From: a virus
Taxonomy: Duplodnaviria; Heunggongvirae; Uroviricota; Caudoviricetes
IMG/VR virus record: IMGVR_UViG_3300044259_000028
Coordinates: 1 to 18,282 of that record
Direction: 5' to 3' (one strand)
DNA: 18,282 nt
In this document: piece by piece, positions 1-7,238 of the stretch
Layout of the letters: every line of letters starts with the position of its first letter
Numbering within the stretch: position 1 is the first letter of the stretch
The notes under the pieces: generated by a model
Told to the model about the DNA's origin: nothing
Seen by the model: only the letters and a program-made list of their open reading frames with translations
Databases searched by the model: none
Translations under genes and position numbers: made by a program

Positions 1-126
1 TATCTAGATATCGATGGGGATTGGGTTTATATTCCACCAGCGTGGGCCGGTAACTATGATAATGACCTCTTGAATAACCCAGCAGTTTGGGTTAAGAGGA
101 TGTTAGAAAAATTCCAGCATGACTAA
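1..126 (+). CDS. 3' end of a hypothetical protein (partial, runs off the window)
   Basis: Frame 1 is open, YLDIDGDWVYIPP...LEKFQHD*, ending at TAA 124-126 directly before a terminator. Confidence 0.7.
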   Translation, partial: YLDIDGDWVYIPPAWAGNYDNDLLNNPAVWVKRMLEKFQHD

Positions 127-127
127 C

Positions 128-152
128 AGACGCCCTTCGGGGCGTTTTTTTT
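128..152 (+). terminator. Rho-independent terminator (cUUCGg loop)
   Basis: AGACGCCC-TTCG-GGGCGTTT followed by a T run; 21 nt identical to the terminator at 5624. Confidence 0.9.
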
Positions 153-271
153 GTATTTAAACATATAAATCATACGTGCAGGAGTGGATTAACCAATCGT
201 ATGAGACACTGGAACCTCTAGTATAACATATAAAAATAGAGAATTCCTTAAAAACTTCTAAACAAAACCGC

Positions 272-301
272 TTTACAAACAACAATACAACAAGCTACAA
301 T
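272..301 (+). promoter_or_regulatory. sigma70-type early promoter
   Basis: TTTACA-18 nt-TACAAT. Confidence 0.6.
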
Positions 302-337
302 GTCATTTCCTAACAACTCAACCACTACAGGCTGATT

Positions 338-1022
338 ATGAAAAACCTTTATAGGTGTTTATAAAGGCGTAAACATTCACGTATCGAAAGAACTTCCTTT
401 GGTCTACACCGTAGAAGGAAAAGACACTCCGTACAAAAGCTACGCCACAGCTAAAGCTGCCGTTACTCGTATGCTCAAAGCAGCCCAAGAGGTTGCCCAA
501 AGCGCGGCTATTGCGGCTATGCCACCAAGCGAAACAGTAACGGTTATCCGCATTGAAAATAAATTAGGGAAAGGCATGTATAACAGTGGCAACGATAGCG
601 GCGGCGTTGATCCAGAACAAGACTATAGGCATCCTAGCTTGTTCACTTGCCCCGGCTACCAGAATAACAAGAAACACCACCCATGCCCGGAGGATGACAG
701 CCTGTTGCGTGAACAACTGATTGAGCGCGGCCTGTTCGACCCTTCTAACTATTCGCCTAGTCGTATGGAGCAAATACTTTTCGGCATGTACGGCTTTACT
801 CCAAAGTCTGAAAAGTATTCGTATGGCTTCGCCAACGCGGCTCAGGCGCGACACTGGCTGTACAAGGATGAATGGCTGCAATATCTAGACAGCAATGGCT
901 TCCATGTCGCTGTCATCACCTTGCCAGCTAGTGAAGTGTTGATCGGCAACACTCAAGCAATGTTCATCAAACCTAAGCATTACGAGCAACAAAGCATCAA
1001 AGAATTTTTCAAATTAGCTTGA
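338..1022 (+). CDS. Hypothetical early protein; probable true start 338 with a +1 frameshift in an A5 run (ORF track gives 399-1022)
   Basis: ATG AAAAA CC: removing one A gives MKTFIGVYKGVNIHVSKELP, in frame with the 399-1022 ORF. The C-terminal domain has VIRIE..HPCPEDD..YGF..W..GF..GNTQAMF. Confidence 0.7.
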
Positions 1023-1048
1023 CAGGCTGAGAGTATACAACCTATAAT
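1019..1048 (+). promoter_or_regulatory. sigma70-type early promoter
   Basis: TTGACA-18 nt-TATAAT. Confidence 0.85.
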
Positions 1049-1095
1049 ACTCGTATGTTGTGAACGAATTGTTACGACAGTTTGGAGCAAGCTAG

Positions 1096-1188
1096 ATGAA
1101 TACAGGCAGCAATCAGTCACGGATAAAGACGTTAAAACCGCCTGAAAAGTTTAGATGGCTTACAGCATACGAATACTTTAACTTCTAG
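1096..1188 (+). CDS. Possible 30-aa peptide MNTGSNQSRIKTLKPPEKFRWLTAYEYFNF
   Basis: GGAG about 7 nt upstream of ATG; fills the gap between the promoter and the next gene. Confidence 0.35.
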   Translation: MNTGSNQSRIKTLKPPEKFRWLTAYEYFNF

Positions 1189-1195
1189 GAAGATT

Positions 1196-1456
1196 ATGCA
1201 AGCAATCATCACCCAATATTATGGTAATCGCGGCCCAAGTATCAGAGCTAGATGCTGGGCAAGCAATATTACACTGCCATACCCGTACCATATTGACGGT
1301 ATAGAAGAGAAGCACCGCTTTGTTGCGAATAAACTAATGGAACAGCTACGCAATATTGACGGAATGGAATGGCTGGATGACTGGTATCTGGTCAGTGGTG
1401 CTTTACCTGATGGTACAGGCTACGCTTTCGTCATGGTAGAAAAGGAGAAAAATTAA
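1196..1456 (+). CDS. Hypothetical phage protein, 86 aa
   Basis: AGGAAG RBS, ATG, overlap-coupled to the next ORF. Confidence 0.8.
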   Translation: MQAIITQYYGNRGPSIRARCWASNITLPYPYHIDGIEEKHRFVANKLMEQLRNIDGMEWLDDWYLVSGALPDGTGYAFVMVEKEKN

Positions 1457-1656
1457 TGGCTATGTTCTTAATCAAGAAAGACGGCGCTATGTGGCATGTT
1501 AAGCTTGCTAGCAATCTGCTCACTGTCTATCGCAGCATGAGTAAGAAGCTTTGCCAAGAATGGCGCGATACAAATGAGCCTATTCCTGTTCATGAACAGC
1601 TGAATGCTACTGCTGGTGTTAAAGTGTGGCGTGGACGAGAAAACAACACACTGTAA
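1456..1656 (+). CDS. Hypothetical protein, 66 aa
   Basis: AAGGAG RBS, TAATG coupling. Confidence 0.8.
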   Translation: MAMFLIKKDGAMWHVKLASNLLTVYRSMSKKLCQEWRDTNEPIPVHEQLNATAGVKVWRGRENNTL

Positions 1657-1663
1657 AAATCAC

Positions 1664-1692
1664 TTTACAAACTAAAAACGGATAGGCATAAT
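1664..1692 (+). promoter_or_regulatory. sigma70-type early promoter
   Basis: TTTACA-17 nt-CATAAT. Confidence 0.75.
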
Positions 1693-1729
1693 ATCACTTA
1701 TCCGATAAACACAAACCGAGGAAAACAAA

Positions 1730-1816
1730 ATGCCAGTAGTTCATGACGTGAAACGCTATGAAATGCTTCAACAATTCAAAGCTGCAAAAGCGGCTATCCT
1801 GAAAGGCGCAAAATGA
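1730..1816 (+). CDS. 28-aa peptide MPVVHDVKRYEMLQQFKAAKAAILKGAK (not in ORF track)
   Basis: GAGGA RBS; ATGA overlap with the next gene. Confidence 0.7.
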   Translation: MPVVHDVKRYEMLQQFKAAKAAILKGAK

Positions 1817-2013
1817 AACTGATTAAAAACATCTTCGGTTTCTTCAAGCGTAGTGTTGACGAGTTGGCACCTTACACCGTGTATAACTATGAACTGAAAG
1901 CAGCACATCCTTGCTGGAGCTTGAAAGAAGTTTTTGAGTGGCTGGCGTGCTATGACGAAGAACAGTTTGGGCATACCGCTGTACTGGATTTCAACGGTGA
2001 AGTGATTAACTAA
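1813..2013 (+). CDS. Hypothetical protein, 66 aa
   Basis: ATGA coupling, same strand as the cassette. Confidence 0.75.
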   Translation: MKLIKNIFGFFKRSVDELAPYTVYNYELKAAHPCWSLKEVFEWLACYDEEQFGHTAVLDFNGEVIN

Positions 2014-2034
2014 TTTTTAAAGGAGAACATTGGT

Positions 2035-2181
2035 ATGGTAGGCAATGCAAATTTCGAAAAGAACAAAACCACTCGTAAGAATGCGCGACAGCAAAACCAA
2101 AAGCCAGAAAAGGGTTACACTGGTAAGACGTGGGAGCGTACTGATAAGCGTTCACAGTATCCACAACAAGGGGAAGAGTGA
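2035..2181 (+). CDS. 48-aa basic hydrophilic peptide MVGNANFEKNKTTRKNARQQ... (not in ORF track)
   Basis: AAGGAG RBS at 2020-2025; TGATG coupling to the next gene. Confidence 0.7.
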   Translation: MVGNANFEKNKTTRKNARQQNQKPEKGYTGKTWERTDKRSQYPQQGEE

Positions 2182-2561
2182 TGAATAGCGAAAAGATCAA
2201 GTTGTTGCAGACTAAAATCAAAATGCTGCAAGGTGCGCGGCGGCGTATCAGGACTGGGCATACTCGGTTTGTCTGTTACGCTATTACCAATGAGCGAGAA
2301 AGTATGCTTCTCAAAAACTGGGAATTGGCCGGACAGGCATCACATGATCTTAAAAGATATATCGAGAAAGTGTTAGGGCTTAGTGCATACCTTGATGGCT
2401 GGATTGCGCGTAAGCGGCCTAAGATTAATAAGACGTTCAAGAATCGTCCACAAGACCAAGTGCAGACCAGAATGCGAGCGATTCGTATCCAGTGGATTGA
2501 TTGGATGATTGATTGCTTGAAAGAAGACTTGCAACAATTGCGGGCTAAGAAAAAAGGTTAA
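2181..2561 (+). CDS. Hypothetical protein (FVCYA...RIQWIDWMI motif)
   Basis: TGATG coupling, GGGGAAGAG upstream; an alternative GTG start lies at 2178. Confidence 0.8.
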   Translation: MNSEKIKLLQTKIKMLQGARRRIRTGHTRFVCYAITNERESMLLKNWELAGQASHDLKRYIEKVLGLSAYLDGWIARKRPKINKTFKNRPQDQVQTRMRAIRIQWIDWMIDCLKEDLQQLRAKKKG

Positions 2562-2565
2562 AACT

Positions 2566-2619
2566 TTTTCTGATGCTGTACAAATAACACTTGTACGGCA
2601 TTGTAAAGAGCTTTATAAT
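2566..2619 (+). promoter_or_regulatory. sigma70 promoter with an operator-like inverted repeat over the -35 (copy 1)
   Basis: TTGTAC-17 nt-TATAAT (2591-2619); ATGCTGTACA..TGTACGGCAT inverted repeat; near-duplicate at 3058-3098. Confidence 0.75.
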
Positions 2620-2696
2620 ACGCTCTGTAGTAAGATGTAGCAGCTATGCTGTTGACTCCAAATTTCCATAACCCCTTAAACAAGGATTAAGCCAAA

Positions 2697-3053
2697 ATGA
2701 AGCCATACACCTATCAGAAACGCCAGTACAAAGTTGCAAAGCATTACACCACTGAGCAACAAGAGGTAGAGCAGCATATCACCGTTACTGTCGACCGTGG
2801 TGCTTTGCATCGCGTAGCCGTGAAGATCAACATTGTGCGGCCTGTGTGCTCTCTGATGTTCGGTAAGCATCATTGCACAGCCACCCGCTTGATTGCAGGT
2901 GTCGTAATTGCAGCAACTGGCGTTGTTGTTGCAAAGTATTTCGGTCACAGCCATGACCCTATCATCTCTTATGTTGGCGACGGAATTGGTTACGGCCTGC
3001 ACGGTCTCGGCCTAACGCCATTCATTGAGTATCTGGCTGCTGGCGCAGAATAA
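2697..3053 (+). CDS. Hypothetical membrane protein, about 2 TM segments, His-rich
   Basis: AAGGA RBS; hydrophobic LIAGVVIAATGVVVAKYF and GDGIGYGLHGLGLTPF segments. Confidence 0.8.
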   Translation: MKPYTYQKRQYKVAKHYTTEQQEVEQHITVTVDRGALHRVAVKINIVRPVCSLMFGKHHCTATRLIAGVVIAATGVVVAKYFGHSHDPIISYVGDGIGYGLHGLGLTPFIEYLAAGAE

Positions 3054-3057
3054 AAGA

Positions 3058-3111
3058 TTTTTCTGATGCCGTGCAAATAATCTGTACGGCATTGTAAAAA
3101 CCTGTTATACT
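3058..3111 (+). promoter_or_regulatory. sigma70 promoter with an operator-like inverted repeat (copy 2)
   Basis: CTGTAC-18 nt-TATACT with TGT just upstream of the -10; ATGCCGTGCA..TGTACGGCAT inverted repeat. Confidence 0.65.
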
Positions 3112-3147
3112 GTAGTTTCTTAACCACCTCATTACTAAGGAAATACC

Positions 3148-3636
3148 ATGCGCCAAATGACTGTTGAAAACTTTGAACTGGCACGCCGTAATCTGTCGCT
3201 GTACGTACTTCAAAAAGCGGAAGAGTTGACCCGCGCATTAGGTATTGGCTACATTGATAGTAGTAATGCCCCGAATGACTATGATAGCCTGATTGCAAAG
3301 TGGAAAGAATGCATTTCCAAAGGCAAACCAATGCCTGTATGGGATGGTGCAAGCGATAGCACCGTCTACACTTCGGCAGGTGCTAACTATGCTTTCCGAT
3401 TCTGGCATGACTTCCTGCACTATTATAAAAAGCTGGATTTTACAACTGATGCCGAAGTAGATATTGGTATCATGCAAACAAAGGAAGTCCAGAAGTATTT
3501 CGGTATGGATAGCTTAGAAGCAAAGATTATGCTTGCTGACACCGTGGGGCAAAGTCTGTACGCTTTGGAGAACAACGGTGAGTTTCCAGACAATCAAATC
3601 TCCTACGTTTGGAGCCTGCTTAAAGCACAAAAATAA
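3148..3636 (+). CDS. Hypothetical protein with an HDxxH motif, possibly zincin-like
   Basis: AAGGAAA RBS; NYAFRFWHDFLH...AE...GQ..Y...FP..Q pattern. Confidence 0.8.
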   Translation: MRQMTVENFELARRNLSLYVLQKAEELTRALGIGYIDSSNAPNDYDSLIAKWKECISKGKPMPVWDGASDSTVYTSAGANYAFRFWHDFLHYYKKLDFTTDAEVDIGIMQTKEVQKYFGMDSLEAKIMLADTVGQSLYALENNGEFPDNQISYVWSLLKAQK

Positions 3637-3725
3637 AGTTTGACAAGGGCTGAAATACTGCGAGGTGTTGCTAAATGGTTCAAACTGAGTGACGCTGTAG
3701 TAGTTGGCTAACAACATGCTGTAAC

Positions 3726-3745
3726 CCGCTAGGAATTCCTAGCGG
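3726..3745. repeat. Perfect 20-bp palindrome CCGCTAGGAATTCCTAGCGG
   Basis: Read directly from the sequence. Confidence 0.95.
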
Positions 3746-3767
3746 ATTTATAAGATAAGGAGTCAAA

Positions 3768-3938
3768 ATGTTTGTACTGTTGCTGATTGCCATCTTTGCC
3801 CTAACGTTTTTTACGTTAGATTTTATTATTAACTTGTCCGATGCACTGAAGTATGGTACGAAATATAACGCTATCTGGCACGTGATAATGATTAGTGCGA
3901 GTGTAATGTACATCGTTATTTATTCCTTGCTACGTTAG
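3768..3938 (+). CDS. 56-aa 2-TM membrane protein MFVLLLIAIFALTFFTLDFIINL... (not in ORF track)
   Basis: AAGGAG RBS; ends just before a terminator. Confidence 0.75.
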   Translation: MFVLLLIAIFALTFFTLDFIINLSDALKYGTKYNAIWHVIMISASVMYIVIYSLLR

Positions 3939-3943
3939 CAACT

Positions 3944-3971
3944 AGCCGCCTTCGGGCGGCTTTTTTTTTTT
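3944..3971 (+). terminator. Rho-independent terminator
   Basis: AGCCGCC-TTCG-GGCGGCT followed by a long T run. Confidence 0.9.
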
Positions 3972-3997
3972 GTTTTGTGGTATTTGTGCAAACCTAC

Positions 3998-4026
3998 TTG
4001 ACGACTGAGAAGTTAGCCAGCATAAT
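3998..4026 (+). promoter_or_regulatory. sigma70-type early promoter
   Basis: TTGACG-17 nt-CATAAT. Confidence 0.8.
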
Positions 4027-4063
4027 GAACACACATCGCAACACATTTATAAAAGGAGTGAAA

Positions 4064-4153
4064 ATGCAAGTCATTATCTTGGTAGTACCATTCTTAGCTC
4101 TGTTTGTAGGTGTGGGCGCAATTCTTAACAACATTGCATCGGACTATGAATAA
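4064..4153 (+). CDS. 29-aa single-TM peptide MQVIILVVPFLALFVGVGAILNNIASDYE (not in ORF track)
   Basis: AAGGAG RBS; abuts the next ATG. Confidence 0.75.
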   Translation: MQVIILVVPFLALFVGVGAILNNIASDYE

Positions 4154-4498
4154 ATGCTAATCTATTTCCCTACACGTTCTAAAGCCCGTGCATATGGTGG
4201 CAAAGTAATTGATAATGGCGCGGACAGTTTACCGGGTAAGCGCTGGGCATGCGAGGCACGTATCAAGGTGCATGTCCCCAAGGATTTGCCAATCAAGGGA
4301 TTGCCTAAAATGGTGATACCTGAAGGAATCAAGCAGGTATTAGTTAGGATCAACTACAGTGCACCGGCAAGGGCTATAGAAACACCTGAGAAGCCCTTAG
4401 AGAGCGAAACGCAAGCAATGGCCATGTCTCTAGCCAACTGGCGAAAAAATCGCTCCAAGGCCGTTAAAATCCGTGTACAAGATGTGTTTATCAAATAA
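4154..4498 (+). CDS. Hypothetical basic protein, 114 aa
   Basis: Coupled to the upstream ORF, cassette orientation. Confidence 0.75.
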   Translation: MLIYFPTRSKARAYGGKVIDNGADSLPGKRWACEARIKVHVPKDLPIKGLPKMVIPEGIKQVLVRINYSAPARAIETPEKPLESETQAMAMSLANWRKNRSKAVKIRVQDVFIK

Positions 4499-4508
4499 GA
4501 GGAAATTG

Positions 4509-4631
4509 ATGTTCACTTACCACACTGCAAAGAAACAGCTTGATGAAATGCTAGAAGCCGGTATAATCACTAATACCGAATTTCAAACGGCATCCTGCCT
4601 GCTGGTTTGGGCTGACATTCAGGAGTGCTAA
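4509..4631 (+). CDS. 40-aa protein with a SHOCT-like helix pattern (LDEMLEAGIITNTEF) (not in ORF track)
   Basis: GAGGA RBS; fills the gap between ORFs. Confidence 0.65.
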   Translation: MFTYHTAKKQLDEMLEAGIITNTEFQTASCLLVWADIQEC

Positions 4632-4632
4632 C

Positions 4633-4824
4633 ATGCACCGTAGTGAAGAACTGGAACGTATTCTGACTGATTTCTATCACAACAACTCAGAATACTGTGA
4701 TACAATGTCGCTGCAACAAATGATTAAGCTGTTTTCGCGTGACAGCTTCTGTCATCTCCACGCCGAGGCTTGCGAATATCTGTCCTCTAGTGCCTTTGGT
4801 GTTACATTTTACGCGAAATACTGA
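4633..4824 (+). CDS. Hypothetical protein, 63 aa
   Basis: AGGAG RBS. Confidence 0.75.
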   Translation: MHRSEELERILTDFYHNNSEYCDTMSLQQMIKLFSRDSFCHLHAEACEYLSSSAFGVTFYAKY

Positions 4825-4851
4825 TTTATCATCTTTCTTAGGAGAAATACA

Positions 4852-5283
4852 ATGTCCGATTTGCTGAATACTGCTGTAGCTGTCAAACAAACCTTGTTGA
4901 CCAAAGCTGTTGATATCCTGTTGAAAGGTGAACAGTCGCTTATCAAGCTGAATTACCTGTTTTTGTGTCATATGGACCACGGCCAAAACATGCTCGGCAA
5001 CGATGGCTGGCAAAACCTCGTTGAGCCGCATTTCCGACGTCAATTTTATGTGGCTGGCTCGGGTACTAACAACATTTCTAACTATGTCCTGCAAATGCTG
5101 GGCAAAGAGGAAAAATCCGCAGAACAAAATGATAACATCGCCTCGCGTGTTACGTTTGATGTACGCCTCGCATGGCTGGATGACTTTATCGCCAATCTGA
5201 AAAAGGGCGATCCTACGATGCCTAAGCTGTGGGGTAAGGAAGAAATTCAGCGTCAATACGAAAGCCGTGGCGGGGTGCTGTAA
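4852..5283 (+). CDS. Hypothetical protein, 143 aa (LFLCHM...RLAWLDDFI; distantly similar to 2181-2561)
   Basis: AGGAG RBS. Confidence 0.8.
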   Translation: MSDLLNTAVAVKQTLLTKAVDILLKGEQSLIKLNYLFLCHMDHGQNMLGNDGWQNLVEPHFRRQFYVAGSGTNNISNYVLQMLGKEEKSAEQNDNIASRVTFDVRLAWLDDFIANLKKGDPTMPKLWGKEEIQRQYESRGGVL

Positions 5284-5618
5284 TGAGTGTACACTACATC
5301 GTATCGATTCAGAACGACAAGGGCGAACACTGGTATATCCGCAGTGGTGAATGGAGCAAATGGGATTTAGCTTACAATGCTAGAGATGCCTACCAGTTCC
5401 CCACAATCCAAGCGGCTATGTCTGTAAGCGAGGATAACGACTACACGAAGCGCCATAACCACATGGATGGTAGCAGCTCCCCGCCTAGCCTGATTTGGAC
5501 CGGTTTAGGCATATGTAACAAGAAACCACAGGCAACCGGCTTTTTCGTTGTTCATCGTGTTGAAACATCTGAGCAAGTACGTATTCCAATTGCTGACAAG
5601 CTACTAGGACGCCAGTGA
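5283..5618 (+). CDS. Hypothetical protein, 111 aa
   Basis: TAATG coupling; followed by a terminator. Confidence 0.75.
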   Translation: MSVHYIVSIQNDKGEHWYIRSGEWSKWDLAYNARDAYQFPTIQAAMSVSEDNDYTKRHNHMDGSSSPPSLIWTGLGICNKKPQATGFFVVHRVETSEQVRIPIADKLLGRQ

Positions 5619-5623
5619 TGGTT

Positions 5624-5650
5624 AGACGCCCTTCGGGGCGTTTTCTTTTT
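5624..5650 (+). terminator. Rho-independent terminator
   Basis: AGACGCCC-TTCG-GGGCGTTT followed by a T-rich tail. Confidence 0.9.
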
Positions 5651-5757
5651 GTCTCTCACATCTTAAACGGAGATACTTTTCCACCCATAACATGATAATA
5701 GCACAAATACTAGAGAAAAAGAATAGGGAAAATTCACAACAATTTGTATAAACCCTC

Positions 5758-5786
5758 TTGCGCACTGAAAAACACATCGGTATAAT
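5758..5786 (+). promoter_or_regulatory. sigma70-type early promoter
   Basis: TTGCGC-17 nt-TATAAT; CATCGGT direct repeat flanks the -10. Confidence 0.75.
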
Positions 5787-5792
5787 TCTATT

Positions 5793-5940
5793 CATCGGTT
5801 GGCGATCTAGGGCAAAACGAAAGTTTGTAAGTCCACACAAGATTGCTAAACACGATAACCGCCAACATGCCGGTAAGATAAGAATGTGCGCTGCTAGGTC
5901 TGCTGATTGATAACCTAGCCAAGCTGATGCGAGACAGCAA
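5793..5940 (+). ncRNA. Candidate structured leader or small RNA
   Basis: No ORF. Stems GTTGGCG/CGCCAAC, GGGC/GTCC, AAAC-GAAA-GTTT, GCTAGGT/ACCTAGC and GCTG/CAGC lie directly downstream of a promoter. Confidence 0.45.
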
Positions 5941-5971
5941 CAAACACTAGCCAACTAACCAAGGAAATACT

Positions 5972-6235
5972 ATGAAAGCAGCTACCAACACCGTAAACAT
6001 CTTTGACCTGAAAGTAGGCAATGTTGTTCACTTCCACGGCGCACGCTTTGAAGTGATTAGCACTGAGGTGCAAGAGCACCGCTCCTTCCGCGGGGAGTTC
6101 AACGCTGATCGTGACACCGTAATGGTTGCCAAGGCGAAATGGCTGGATGGTGGGATTGTAAACGGTTATTTCGGCCCTAACAAAGATTGGACTTTCCAAG
6201 GCAACAAGAACGTGACCGAGGCTGTAGAAATCTAA
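5972..6235 (+). CDS. Hypothetical beta-rich protein, 87 aa (SH3-like pattern LKVGNVVHFHG)
   Basis: AAGGAAA RBS. Confidence 0.8.
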   Translation: MKAATNTVNIFDLKVGNVVHFHGARFEVISTEVQEHRSFRGEFNADRDTVMVAKAKWLDGGIVNGYFGPNKDWTFQGNKNVTEAVEI

Positions 6236-6315
6236 CAACAAGTAAGAAAAGGCTTGCTAACTCACCGGCAAGCCTTCATAATCCTAATACACCAACTTTA
6301 AACGGAAATATCACC

Positions 6316-6456
6316 ATGCGAACCAATAAAATTGAAATCACCTGCCCTGTAGCATTCGCTAAGATTTGCGCTCAGTTTGTGCGCGAAGGCGTAACCTTTG
6401 AAGCGCATGAGCGTGCTAACGGTGAGTTCCTAATCACCCTCACCGGAGGCTATTAA
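6316..6456 (+). CDS. 46-aa hypothetical protein ending GVTF..LTGGY
   Basis: ATG at 6316 with GGAAA upstream; the ORF track's 6187 start is an overextension. Confidence 0.7.
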   Translation: MRTNKIEITCPVAFAKICAQFVREGVTFEAHERANGEFLITLTGGY

Positions 6457-6458
6457 CC

Positions 6459-6746
6459 ATGAAAACAAGTGAAATCTTTAAACTTGTGCTGGACATTTAC
6501 GAGGATCGTTACAGGGACGGATACAAGCGTGGTTTGCCGGGCATTTGCGAAAACCTTTTGCGTGTAATCATCGACAGCGGTACTAACAGTAATGAACGTA
6601 GTATGACCCATCGTCTTTGTAAGAACGTGCTAGAGCGCTATAAACCAGAAGATGCTAGCCTTTATTGGTGGCATCCTGATGATGTGGAAACCCGTAAAAA
6701 GGTGTTACGTCAAATTATCAACGATTTGGAAAGTGAGGGTGAATAA
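6459..6746 (+). CDS. Hypothetical protein, paralog A (GIC..L / YWW / R..VL motifs)
   Basis: GGAGG RBS; motifs shared with 6853-7123. Confidence 0.8.
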   Translation: MKTSEIFKLVLDIYEDRYRDGYKRGLPGICENLLRVIIDSGTNSNERSMTHRLCKNVLERYKPEDASLYWWHPDDVETRKKVLRQIINDLESEGE

Positions 6747-6826
6747 TGTTTGACGAAAAGAAGTTCTTAGAAGCCTTGCAGAGCATCCCTGATGCAGAGG
6801 GTATCAAGCTGTTGGCACGTATGTAA
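6746..6826 (+). CDS. 26-aa peptide MFDEKKFLEALQSIPDAEGIKLLARM (not in ORF track)
   Basis: GAGG RBS, TAATG coupling. Confidence 0.6.
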   Translation: MFDEKKFLEALQSIPDAEGIKLLARM

Positions 6827-6852
6827 CGAATTTACAACAGAGGAAAAGATTT

Positions 6853-7123
6853 ATGAAAAGTAGTGAAATTCTCAAAAAAGACTTTGGAGCGCTTCAAAAA
6901 CGACTACAAAGAGCATCAACCGGGTATCTGTGATAATCTCTCAGGTGTGATTTACAACCTCAATTCGGGGCGTGATCCTGAATTGTTCAAGCAATGTATG
7001 CAGTATGTACATAAATACAAGCCAGATAACAGCCATCTCTACTGGTGGCCTACTGGTAACCGTGGAATCCGTATGGCGGTACTAGAGCTTGCTATTGCCG
7101 ATGCTTTGGCTGCTAACGACTAA
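6853..7123 (+). CDS. Hypothetical protein, paralog B; true start probably 6853 with a +1 frameshift in an A6 run
   Basis: AGGA RBS before ATG 6853; removing one A at 6874-6879 gives MKSSEILKKTLERF, matching paralog A MKTSEIFKLVLDIY. Confidence 0.75.
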
Positions 7124-7142
7124 AATAAAAGTACTATAATAC

Positions 7143-7161
7143 AGGCCCTTCGGGGCCTTTT
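7143..7161 (+). terminator. Rho-independent terminator ending the early cassette
   Basis: AGGCCC-TTCG-GGGCCT-TTT. Confidence 0.8.
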
Positions 7162-7238
7162 GTCACTCTAGAGTACTATCATGTGATACCTTACACTTCT
7201 TATATAACTACTAGTTATGATAATGACGTTTGATATGG

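Noticed and set aside
3640-3668. TTGACA as a promoter -35
   Set aside because: No -10 at 16-18 nt spacing
5808-5880. Resemblance to the c-di-GMP-I riboswitch (GGGCAAA..GAAA) and to twister (UAAC..AUGCCGGU)
   Set aside because: The other conserved elements (GACGCAAAGCC and the tetraloop receptor; CCCAAGCCCGG) are absent
564-6241. Minus-strand ORFs of the track within the early cassette (e.g. 564-881, 2676-3002, 2990-3352, 3680-3913, 4687-5256, 5622-5954, 5915-6241)
   Set aside because: They are antisense to RBS-bearing, coupled plus-strand genes; promoters and terminators all point rightward
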